Positions 13,948-24,186 of a DNA stretch of 64,000 nt are shown piece by piece. The stretch is taken from positions 22,940,001 to 23,004,000 of the forward strand of contig OX597817.1 in the NCBI GenBank assembly GCA_951406725.2. Direction: 5' to 3'. How positions within the stretch are numbered: the stretch's first letter is position 1; each line of letters starts with the position of its first letter. This DNA comes from Octopus vulgaris. Taxonomy: Eukaryota. The notes beneath the pieces are model-generated. The model was not told where the DNA came from, ran no database searches, and saw only the letters and a list, made by a program, of their open reading frames with translations. A program made the translations under genes and the position numbers.

Positions 13948-15888
13948 TTATAGAATAGTCCTTCTGAATGGGATGTGGATGTTATTCCATTCGGACTTTC
14001 GGTTGAGAGTAGGTTTGTATTCTTGTATACAAACAGCTTCTGTGACCTGTCTCAACATTGCATCGGTGGGATGTGTAGATAGGATGTTCAACTTAAGCTC
14101 CCCTAAGGATCCCTTGTGGCAGTCTACAGCATGTTGGTAGAAGATGGAGTTTGGCTTCCTTTCAATGTAGTTGTCCAGGTGTTCTTTGAACCTATCATTG
14201 ATGCTTCTAGAGGTCTCACCTATGTATGACTCCGGGTTAGCCGCGCAAGCTCCCTCCTGGCACTTAATCTGGTATACAGTGCCCTTGGTTTTACAATTTA
14301 CGTGTGGATTTGTCGAACACACTGCACAATTACTCTGACAGGTGATTGTATCAAATGGATATGATCTGCATAATGCCGATTTGATAGTCCTACCTGTCTT
14401 TTCTACAACTTTAACTTTTAGGCCCGTAGTGCGCAGGACTTTCTTGAATGCCTTACTTAGCTCGTTCATAGGTGTGGCGTCAACGAACATCACTCCGTGA
14501 AATCTCCTGTTATCGTACCAAGTAACGTTTCTCATCTTTTTGTTGGTGTCCCTCTCTAACCTATTCCAGAACTTGTTGCGGTACAGGGGGCATATACCGT
14601 TTTCGTCGTTCCCTAGAATGCGTTCGAATCTAGCTTTCGCTCCTTTGTACACCCTGACTCTATCGTCTTGTGTGTATCCGGAACGTTGCATTCGGAATAT
14701 GTAGTGCTGGATGTGTTGTTGTCGTTCTTGTGGTTGGCATAGTGGTGATACATTCCCTATTACTCTAACTAAGTCTGCCACTAGGATGTTGAGTTTGGCA
14801 GTATTCGACACAGCTGAGTCACTACGGATTACTAGTGGATTAGCCATCGGTTTCTGATAGTGTGAGTGGAGTATACATGGTTTAATGGTACCATTAACTA
14901 TAGCGTCTTCCATCCATAGCTCAGTATCTAGGACGGGTAATCGTTTACTGGGGTGTCTAGAGGGGTAGTCTATGGTAAGTTTTATACTGCTGTGGATAGA
15001 GTCAGCTATGTGTTGTATAGATGTCATCACCTGTTCTTCACTTGGTAGAGGGCCCATAACTGTGTCTGTATTACATTTCACAACAAGGTTAATGTCGTCG
15101 ACGTAACGAGAGTACATAGCCAAGTGGATGTTACGGTTTGCTAGGCACTGTTTAAAACGCTTGTCCCACCATACCATGAAGAGGTTAGCAACGTCACCGG
15201 CGATCCCCACTCCAATAGCACCGCCTTTCGTTTGCTTATACAGTTTGTTGTCAAATTTAAAAATATGTGTTTTTAGCGTAAATCTCAGGCTGACACCGAT
15301 GGCATGTGCGATGGTGGTTCTAATATCGTGTGCACTTGAGGGTGGGTAGTCCGGCTTTGTCCATCCCTGCCAACGCTCACAGTGAGTCTTCCTGTAAGCC
15401 GAGGTAATGGTAGGTGGTCTACCGCGTTTGTTACGGGTGGGACAAGCATATAGAAGGTTATTGCGCGACAGGTATTCATTGGTACACGTCAGGGCCAGGA
15501 AGAGCCCTAGTTCATATACATCCACATTCTTAAATATCATACCACTCTCACTAACTATTTCTATACATTTATCGACAGCAAAGTCTATATCGATGGAGGG
15601 GTATAGTGATACCACATCCATGCTACCCACGATGTGGTTCTTGAGGTCACACGTGTTGTTGCATTCGCGGATCCTGCTAAGGAGGTCCTCAGTACTGTCA
15701 CATACATCTGCAGATAGTTCTATTAACGGTCGTAGGAATTGTGAGAGAAAGTATGATATTTTGTGGTTGTTTGCATTGTTGGCACCACAAACGGGTCGGG
15801 TGGGTGGCAATGCGTATGTGCAGTTATATACAACGGTATGAGCAGACGTTGTTTGATACGAACAGTCGCACCTAGGCGTTGTACCCAT
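13948..15888 (-). CDS. Penelope-like reverse transcriptase / GIY-YIG endonuclease, 646 aa; first 27 aa come from the antisense pLTR across the inversion junction
   Basis: RT motifs SMDVVSLYPSI, YKQTKGGAIG, YSRYVDDI and LPVLD. Cys-rich linker CQSNCAVC..C. GIY-YIG motifs GTVYQIKC..SYIGETSRSINDRFKEH and EAVCI..PTLN. Confidence 0.85.
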   Translation of the reverse strand: MGTTPRCDCSYQTTSAHTVVYNCTYALPPTRPVCGANNANNHKISYFLSQFLRPLIELSADVCDSTEDLLSRIRECNNTCDLKNHIVGSMDVVSLYPSIDIDFAVDKCIEIVSESGMIFKNVDVYELGLFLALTCTNEYLSRNNLLYACPTRNKRGRPPTITSAYRKTHCERWQGWTKPDYPPSSAHDIRTTIAHAIGVSLRFTLKTHIFKFDNKLYKQTKGGAIGVGIAGDVANLFMVWWDKRFKQCLANRNIHLAMYSRYVDDINLVVKCNTDTVMGPLPSEEQVMTSIQHIADSIHSSIKLTIDYPSRHPSKRLPVLDTELWMEDAIVNGTIKPCILHSHYQKPMANPLVIRSDSAVSNTAKLNILVADLVRVIGNVSPLCQPQERQQHIQHYIFRMQRSGYTQDDRVRVYKGAKARFERILGNDENGICPLYRNKFWNRLERDTNKKMRNVTWYDNRRFHGVMFVDATPMNELSKAFKKVLRTTGLKVKVVEKTGRTIKSALCRSYPFDTITCQSNCAVCSTNPHVNCKTKGTVYQIKCQEGACAANPESYIGETSRSINDRFKEHLDNYIERKPNSIFYQHAVDCHKGSLGELKLNILSTHPTDAMLRQVTEAVCIQEYKPTLNRKSEWNNIHIPFRRTIL

Positions 15889-16699
15889 TCACGGTTAGAC
15901 GACGATGAGAGGAACAAACACACACCCACACACATATATATATATGTGTGTGCGTCTATACAAACATATATGTAAATATGTATACAACCTTCAGCTAAGT
16001 AACAGTCATGTACACAACTTGGACGGACACATGCCAGTACACGGACATACGTTCACATACACATACACATGTACACACTCTCACGGACACATCTGCCCAT
16101 TCTCCTAGACACTCACATACATACGTAGCACATGAATACAAACATACATACATACCTACGTATGGGCATACACACGTACATACGCACGTACATGTACACA
16201 CACACATACATGGGCACATGCATACGGGCGCGTATACATACATACGCACATGCGTACGTATGTACATACATACATACATACATACATACATACATACATA
16301 CATACATACATACATACATACATACGCACATACATACATACATACGAACAATAGTAAAACATTAGTTCTGTGATATAGAGATAAAAATCTGATAATAGAT
16401 TTTAGGGTATAGTTCTTGTGAGCAAGCGTCATAAATTCACTTTCTAGCCTCGGCCGTAGGGAGTTGAAATTTGATAGCGTTGTGATGAGTGGTCACTCTA
16501 CATCCATCCATCGCTACAGGTTTATAACTTTATGTTTTATAGAGTGTATGTGCGTGCTTATACACACACATACATATATACATACATACATACATACATA
16601 CATGCATACACAGGCGTATGTGCGGACATGAATACGTACATACATACACACATGTATGCATACATACACACATACATACGTACATACATATATATGACG

Positions 16700-16720
16700 A
16701 ACTAACTGTTACTTTCTTAG
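16700..16720 (+). promoter_or_regulatory. Candidate branchpoint plus 3' splice acceptor in the pLTR
   Basis: AACTAAC-TGTTACTTTCTTAG: a CTAAC branch motif, short pyrimidine tract and AG. Present in all three pLTR copies. Confidence 0.4.
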
Positions 16721-16733
16721 ATGCAGCACGGAC

Positions 16734-16783
16734 TTTGTCAGTGAACAGGTCGCGGATTTTAGCGACGAAAATATTTTGACAAA
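16734..16783 (+). ncRNA. Minimal type I hammerhead ribozyme, G3-C8 core variant (pLTR copy 2)
   Basis: 7-bp stem I TTTGTCA/TGACAAA, core GTGAACA(+G), 5-bp stem II GTCGC/GCGAC, GAAA, and palindromic stem III AAAATATTTT. Predicted cleavage after 16776. Confidence 0.7.
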
Positions 16784-16832
16784 TTAAACTTCAATGTTGG
16801 AGTGAATCGAACGGCTTTTGTGTGTTTCTTAA

Positions 16833-19800
16833 ATGGCTTATAAACACCTCCCACGCTGCAATTGTTTTCGTTTCAGCACACGATCTCAGATCAAATTACT
16901 TGCTATGCGAGTACATCTCCGTAATTCCGAAAGCTTGAGCCAGGCTACCAAAACTCTGAGGACAGCCGTTACTTGTTGCTTGAGAAGAATAACAGCTAAG
17001 CAACAGCTTCATTTCATTAGACACTGCATCTCACTGAAGGTTTACCCGAAAAGGATTTACAATACAGTCGAAGCACTGAACCTGAAGAAGGGACAAGCGT
17101 CGAGACTAAAACGTATTTTAATGACGAACCTTAAGTCCGAGCTATACACACACCTTGCCACTAAAGACAAGGAAAAGCGAGATGCCCTCGCTAAAGTGAA
17201 GGACTTACTTACTAATCAATAATTCAAACAGTTGAAAGAACTACTCCGTCGTGAAAGTAACTCTGTATGGAACAGGTGCGTACAACACTTTGAAGAGAAA
17301 CTGTCATGGACGATACAACTACCATACAACCAAAAAACAACTAAACAGTTTGTCAAAACTGAATCGATTGATGGGATCTCTATGAACGACAAACCAGTAG
17401 AGGACGACCAGCTAACAAGCAACGTAAGAGTGTACGGTGGAGTACAACTGGATACTAATGAACTCGCGGCCCTGGAACTTCCTCCAAAGTTCGCCACGTA
17501 TAATAAGGTTAGTAAGATCTCTATACTATCTGACATTGAAAAGTGCTTCACCAAACTTAGATGGAGAACACACTTAACCAAAACCACAACCAAAATCCTG
17601 ACACACAATACATGCCTGACTATAACCGTTGCTTTTATGATAAACGTGACATGTCATTCGACATGAAAAGGGTCTACCCTACCAACTTACCCTTCAACAA
17701 AAGAGTATGCATGCCACCCTATACTGACGCTGCTTTGGAAGCGAAGTTTACACTTACTAAAGCCAAGATTCTATCAGCCTTCTCCAATTACACCCAAAGG
17801 CAGATACAAGAACGATCGGTATATAAGACCCACGATCATAACACCAAAATTAAGAAAGGCCTTAACATATTAAAAAGACGCATCAAAAACAGAGAGATTG
17901 TATGTTTCCCGACTGACAAATCAGGTAGGATGTCTGTTGACAACATACCTAATTACATCACGAACATGCAACCACACATCAGAGACATGACAGAAACCAC
18001 AACACTCGAATATATCGAGAACGAAAAGATCGTCAATGCTCACATGGGGATGTGGAGTATAATTCTCCAGTCGGAGAAGCGCACAGCTAACAACTTCTTA
18101 ACCACCAACAACGAAATCCCACCCCTATATGGCCTTCGCAAAGATCACAAGAGCCACACGGACAATATACTTGGGCCACCCACCCGACCCGTTTGTGGTG
18201 CCAACAATGCAAACAACCACAAAATATCATACTTTCTCTCACAATTCCTACGACCGTTAATAGAACTATCTGCAGATGTATGTGACAGTACTGAGGACCT
18301 CCTTAGCAGGATCCGCGAATGCAACAACACGTGTGACCTCAAGAACCACATCGTGGGTAGCATGGATGTGGTATCACTATACCCCTCCATCGATATAGAC
18401 TTTGCTGTCGATAAATGTATAGAAATAGTTAGTGAGAGTGGTATGATATTTAAGAATGTGGATGTATATGAACTAGGGCTCTTCCTGGCCCTGACGTGTA
18501 CCAATGAATACCTGTCGCGCAATAACCTTCTATATGCTTGTCCCACCCGTAACAAACGCGGTAGACCACCTACCATTACCTCGGCTTACAGGAAGACTCA
18601 CTGTGAGCGTTGGCAGGGATGGACAAAGCCGGACTACCCACCCTCAAGTGCACACGATATTAGAACCACCATCGCACATGCCATCGGTGTCAGCCTGAGA
18701 TTTACGCTAAAAACACATATTTTTAAATTTGACAACAAACTGTATAAGCAAACGAAAGGCGGTGCTATTGGAGTGGGGATCGCCGGTGACGTTGCTAACC
18801 TCTTCATGGTATGGTGGGACAAGCGTTTTAAACAGTGCCTAGCAAACCGTAACATCCACTTGGCTATGTACTCTCGTTACGTCGACGACATTAACCTTGT
18901 TGTGAAATGTAATACAGACACAGTTATGGGCCCTCTACCAAGTGAAGAACAGGTGATGACATCTATACAACACATAGCTGACTCTATCCACAGCAGTATA
19001 AAACTTACCATAGACTACCCCTCTAGACACCCCAGTAAACGATTACCCGTCCTAGATACTGAGCTATGGATGGAAGACGCTATAGTTAATGGTACCATTA
19101 AACCATGTATACTCCACTCACACTATCAGAAACCGATGGCTAATCCACTAGTAATCCGTAGTGACTCAGCTGTGTCGGATACTGCCAAACTCAACATCCT
19201 AGTGGCAGACTTAGTTAGAGTAATAGGGAATGTATCACCACTATGCCAACCACAAGAACGACAACAACACATCCAGCACTACATATTCCGAATGCAACGT
19301 TCCGGATACACACAAGACGATAGAGTCAGGGTGTACAAAGGAGCGAAAGCTAGATTCGAACGCATTCTAGGGAACGACGAAAACGGTATATGCCCCCTGT
19401 ACCGCAACAAGTTCTGGAATAGGTTAGAGAGGGACACCAACAAAAAGATGAGAAACGTTACTTGGTACGATAACAGGAGATTTCACGGAGTGATGTTCGT
19501 TGACGCCACACCTATGAACGAGCTAAGTAAGGCATTCAAGAAAGTCCTGCGCACTACGGGCCTAAAAGTTAAAGTTGTAGAAAAGACAGGTAGGACTATC
19601 AAATCGGCATTATGCAGATCATATCCATTTGATAGAATCACCTGTCAGAGTAATTGTGCAGTGTGTTCGACAAATCCACACGTAAATTGTAAAACCAAGG
19701 GCACTGTATACCAGATTAAGTGCCAGGAGGGAGCTTGCGCGGCTAACCCGGAGTCATACATAGGTGAGACCTCTAGAAGCATCAATGATAGGTTCAAAGA

Positions 19801-20034
19801 ACACCTGGACAACTACATTGAAAGGAAGCCAAACTCCATCTTCTACCAACATGCTGTAGACTGCCACAAGGGATCCTTAGGGAGCTTAAGTTGAACATCC
19901 TATCTACACATCCCACCGATGCAATGTTGAGACAGGTCACAGAAGCTGTTTGTATACAAGAATACAAACCTACTCTCAACCGAAAGTCCGAATGGAATAA
20001 CATCCAGATCCCATTCAGAAGGACTATTCTATAA
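16833..20034 (+). pseudogene. Full-length Penelope-like ORF (N-terminal domain, RT, GIY-YIG), interrupted as assembled
   Basis: ORF pieces 16833-17222 (in-frame TAA), 17232-~17570, a frameshift after KLRW, then 17561-19894. A 1-G deletion near 19880 is seen relative to the inverted copy, and the natural stop is at 20032-20034. Confidence 0.85.
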
Positions 20035-20083
20035 CCACCCCTCTCTCTCTCTCCCTTTCACCTGTAGTCCTTACATACAGGTT

Positions 20084-21179
20084 GCAATGCGTATGTGCAG
20101 TTATATACAACGGTATGAGCAGACGTTGTTTGATACGAACAGTCGCACCTAGGCGTTGTACCCATTCACGGTTAGACGACGATGAGAGGAACAAACACAC
20201 ACCCACACACATATATATATATGTGTGTGCGTCTATACAAACATATATGTAAATATGTATACAACCTTCAGCTAAGTAACAGTCATGTACACAACTTGGA
20301 CGGACACATGCCAGTACACGGACATACGTTCACATACACATACACATGTACACACTCTCACGGACACATCTGCCCATTCTCCTAGACACTCACATACATA
20401 CGTAGCACATGAATACAAACATACATACATACCTACGTATGGGCATACACACGTACATACGCACGTACATGTACACACACACATACATGGGCACATGCAT
20501 ACGGGCGCGTATACATACATACGCACATGCGTACGTATGTACATACATACATACATACATACATACATACATACATACATACATACATACGCACATACAT
20601 ACATACATACGAACAATAGTAAAACATTAGTTCTGTGATATAGAGATAAAAATCTGATAATAGATTTTAGGGTATAGTTCTTGTGAGCAAGCGTCATAAA
20701 TTCACTTTCTAGCCTCGGCCGTAGGGAGTTGAAATTTGATAGCGTTGTGATGAGTGGTCACTCTACATCCATCCATCGCTACAGGTTTATAACTTTATGT
20801 TTTATAGAGTGTATGTGCGTGCTTATACACACACATACATATATACATACATACATACATACATGCATACACAGGCGTATGTGCGGACATGAATACGTAC
20901 ATACATACACACATGTATGCATACATACACACATACATACGTACATACATATATATGACGAACTAACTGTTACTTTCTTAGATGCAGCACGGACTTTGTC
21001 AGTGAACAGGTCGCGGATTTTAGCGACGAAAATATTTTGACAAATTAAACTTAAATGTTGGAGTGAATCGAACGGCTTTTGTGTGTTTCTTAAATGGCTT
21101 ATAAACACCTCCCACGCTGCAATTGTTTTCGTTTCAGCACACGATCTCAGATCAAATTACTTGCTATGCGAGTACATCT

Positions 21180-21181
<2 letters not shown>
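20084..21181 (+). repeat. Downstream pseudo-LTR
   Basis: Direct repeat of 15807-16920. Ends GTACATCTCC directly before (TA)n. Confidence 0.9.
20995..21044 (+). ncRNA. Minimal type I hammerhead ribozyme, G3-C8 core variant (pLTR copy 3)
   Basis: Identical to 16734-16783. Predicted cleavage after 21037. Confidence 0.7.
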
Positions 21182-21219
<38 letters not shown>

Positions 21220-21555
21220 AAATTTGTAACTATTTTCAGCCAATGTGCTTGGGTTTCTGATGTATATTATATCTGGCTGAGTGGAGTGTTGGATGGAGCT
21301 GCTCTTGTTTGAGCTTACTGTCGTGATGCGGTTTCTTCTGGTATCTGAGATAAAAGTTTGACCAAACTTTCTTCGGTATCTACATTGTGATGACGTTTGA
21401 TAGAATGTAGAATAACTGTGGAACTTTGGAATGCAAGTATTACAGTACTGTGTCATTTATCTCGATGGAGAATACGTGATCTTTGGTTCAAAGTGCTGTA
21501 ATTTGGCATAGCTTTCATAGTTGGGATCTTGACCTTGATTATGTACATTATTACT

Positions 21556-21985
21556 TAGGCGCAGGAGTGGCTGTGTGGTAAGTAGCTTGCTAACCAACCA
21601 CATTGTTCCGGGTTCAGTCCCACCGCGTGGCATCTTGGGCAAGTGTCTTCTGCTATAGCCCCGGGCCGACCAATGCCTTGTGAGTGGATTTGGTAGACGG
21701 AAACTGAAAGAAGCCTGTCGTATATATGTATATACATATATATGTATGTGTGTGTGTGTGTGTGTTTGTGTGTCTGTGTTTGTCCTCCTAGCATTGCTTG
21801 ACAACCGATGCTGGTGTCTTTACGTCCCCGTCACTTAGCGGTTCGGCAAAAAGAGACCGATAGAATAAGTACTGGGCTTACAAAGAATAAGTCCCGGGGT
21901 CGATTTGCTCGATTAAAGGCGGTGCCCCAGCATGGCCGCAGTCAAATGACTGAAACAAGTAAAGGAATAAAAGAGTAAAAGAGCA
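21556..21985 (+). mobile_element. tRNA-derived SINE family C (CORE-like segment, internal microsatellite)
   Basis: A-box TGGCTGTGTGGTAAG, B-box GGTTCAGTCCC and CTTGGGCAAGTG. Homologues at 46235-46730 (-), 42010-42235, 9600-9715 and 40800-40855. Confidence 0.75.
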
Positions 21986-22178
21986 TCTTCCGCGTCATCT
22001 CTCTACTGACAAGGGCTTCAGTTTCCTTAACCTGTCCAGCATCTCATCTGTCAATATTCTTTGTGTAGTAGCATTGTACAGGCGTCATGCTCCGCTGCCC
22101 GCTTGATGCTCCGTGATGACCACGGTTGGAGGCAGCAATCCAAAGGACTGAGAATGAAAGTACTGAATAACCGTAATA

Positions 22179-22284
22179 TAGTATCCTTTTCCTTGGATAC
22201 CCTGGTATCCTTTTTCTTCGATACATAGTATCCTTTCTCTTGGGTACCATGGCATCCTTTTTCTTGGATACATGGTATCCTTTT
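22179..22284. repeat. ~23-bp minisatellite (about 4.5 units), each unit a GTATCC...GGATAC hairpin
   Basis: Units such as TAGTATCCTTTTCCTTGGATACC and ATGGCATCCTTTTTCTTGGATAC. Confidence 0.75.
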
Positions 22285-22663
22285 ACCCTGTTACTCACTT
22301 GCATAATGATGCCGTCTTGCTAATATATGCACAGGGAGCTTTGCATCAATATTCGTAAAGATTCCTCGGTTAGGCACCGATTCTCATCCTGGATTTGCGC
22401 TACACTTAGTCTTGTGTATCCTGATCGTAGTATGTATGTGGATTCCTGTAGAGCGCGTAAAATGTCTCAGCTCTGAACTGTATGGGATGTCATTACTCTC
22501 CTTGTTTATTGCATTGCGGTCTTACTGCAGTTTTTGTTTGTCATCGAGATCCTTGTCTGCCTATGATAGTTTTGTATATTCAGCGCTATGCAGATGAGAA
22601 TTGATGACTGTATGGCTAAGGGATGTCTGTGAGACCCACTACAAGCAGTAATGGTGCCAGCAC

Positions 22664-22916
22664 GAAGAAGAAGAAAAAGAAGAAGAACAACACCAACAGA
22701 ATCTACGAGGAGGAGAAGAAGAACAACAAGAGCAACAACAACAACAGTAACAACAACAACAACAACAACAACAAAAGTAACAACAACAACAACATAATGC
22801 ATGAGGAGTAGGATGAGGAGGAGAAGAAGAAGTAGAAGAAGACGAAGAACAACAACAACAATAGAATGTACGAGGAGGAGAAGAAGAAGAAGAAGAAGAA
22901 GAAGAAGAAGAAGAAA

Positions 22917-23009
<93 letters not shown>

Positions 23010-23060
23010 AAGAAGAAGAAGAAGAAGAAGAGGTACAGCAACAACAACAACGAAAACTAC
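22664..23060. repeat. Compound trinucleotide microsatellite (GAA)n/(CAA)n/(TAA)n
   Basis: Directly visible. Confidence 0.95.
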
Positions 23061-23832
23061 TACCCAGCCATAATTTGTGATAATCATGGAAAAAAAACTA
23101 AAGAGGGAAATTGTGTTAATAAAATATATAATGTGTAGCTATTACTCATCAAAAAATATAAAACCAAAATTGATTTCGAAACAAAGATGAAATATTTTCT
23201 ATGCAACTTATACTTATGATAATTTATATATTTGTGATAATATGATTTAGTTATTTTCAGTAACTAGATATCACTCTAAAACAAGGTTAAGCGTACAAAG
23301 TAAAAATAATAGAAAAAAAAAGGTGTAATGTATCAGCGCATTATAGACGATTCTGCAGCATCATCACCCCAAACTTCACAATCTCTCCAATTAACATAAT
23401 AGGAAATGCTATCAACATGATTATCAATATTAGAATAAAATTCAGAAAAAAAGATATACATTTCATCAACTTCATATACATTTACATATTAGACATTTTT
23501 TAAAAAAACCATTAATGTATTGATATGTTCTAAATATCAGATGTGTATAGATATACACAGCAATTCTTCCACTATAGATATAAGACCTGAGTTTAATTTT
23601 TTTTTCCTTAAAGGAGACTGGTAGTCGCTTAGATCGACTCTAGTGTTGAACTGGTACTTACGTTGAAAGATAATGTCGACCTTCACGAGATTTTTAACTC
23701 AGAACGTAAAGATCCCGAAGAAATGTTGCTAATCATTTTGTTCTACGTGCTAAAGGTTGTGTCAGTTCACTGCCTTAACAAATAATACTAATAATAATGT
23801 TGATAATAATAATAATATTAATAATAATGTTG

Positions 23833-23922
<90 letters not shown>

Positions 23923-23924
<2 letters not shown>

Positions 23925-24123
23925 GTATTGAGAAGAGCATTGTCGATGTGAGAACTGTTGCTGCTCATGCATTTTAATTTAACTTTAAAAAAAAAAAAAA
24001 AAATTAACGAACTACTGAGTTTGGTTTAATGGCCTACCAATATACACTATGAGTTTCTTTGCCCTAGGAGTCGGGAAGACACTCGGCAAGAAATGGAAGA
24101 AAATTTGAAATAAGAAAAAAAAC

Positions 24124-24124
<1 letters not shown>
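23923..24124 (+). mobile_element. ~200-bp 5'-truncated copy of the R4/Dong-like LINE at 57037-61005
   Basis: Reverse complement of 57037-57240 (end of ORF ..VLRRALSM* plus 3' UTR). (TAA)n on both sides. Confidence 0.9.
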
Positions 24125-24178
<54 letters not shown>

Positions 24179-24186
24179 CAATAATA

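Larger units (their letters stand above)
15807..16920 (+). repeat. Upstream pseudo-LTR
   Basis: Direct repeat of 20084-21181. Includes (CATA)n tracts, the hammerhead and the first 88 nt of the ORF. Confidence 0.9.
12828..21181. mobile_element. Penelope-like retroelement insertion: inverted 5'-truncated copy (12828-15808, -) plus pLTR-ORF-pLTR copy (15807-21181, +)
   Basis: RT and GIY-YIG ORFs on both strands with near-identical proteins, direct pLTRs, an inversion junction with 2-bp GC microhomology, and (TA)n at both outer ends. Confidence 0.93.

Noticed and set aside
15128-15841. Antisense ORFs overlapping the Penelope RT
   Set aside because: Shadow frames of the RT coding sequence with no recognisable motifs.
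17220-17222. Selenoprotein-type recoding as in Naiad Penelope-like elements
   Set aside because: The stop is TAA rather than TGA, the endonuclease is C-terminal, and I saw no SECIS.
22179-22284. CRISPR-like array
   Set aside because: No unique spacers, eukaryotic context and no cas genes.
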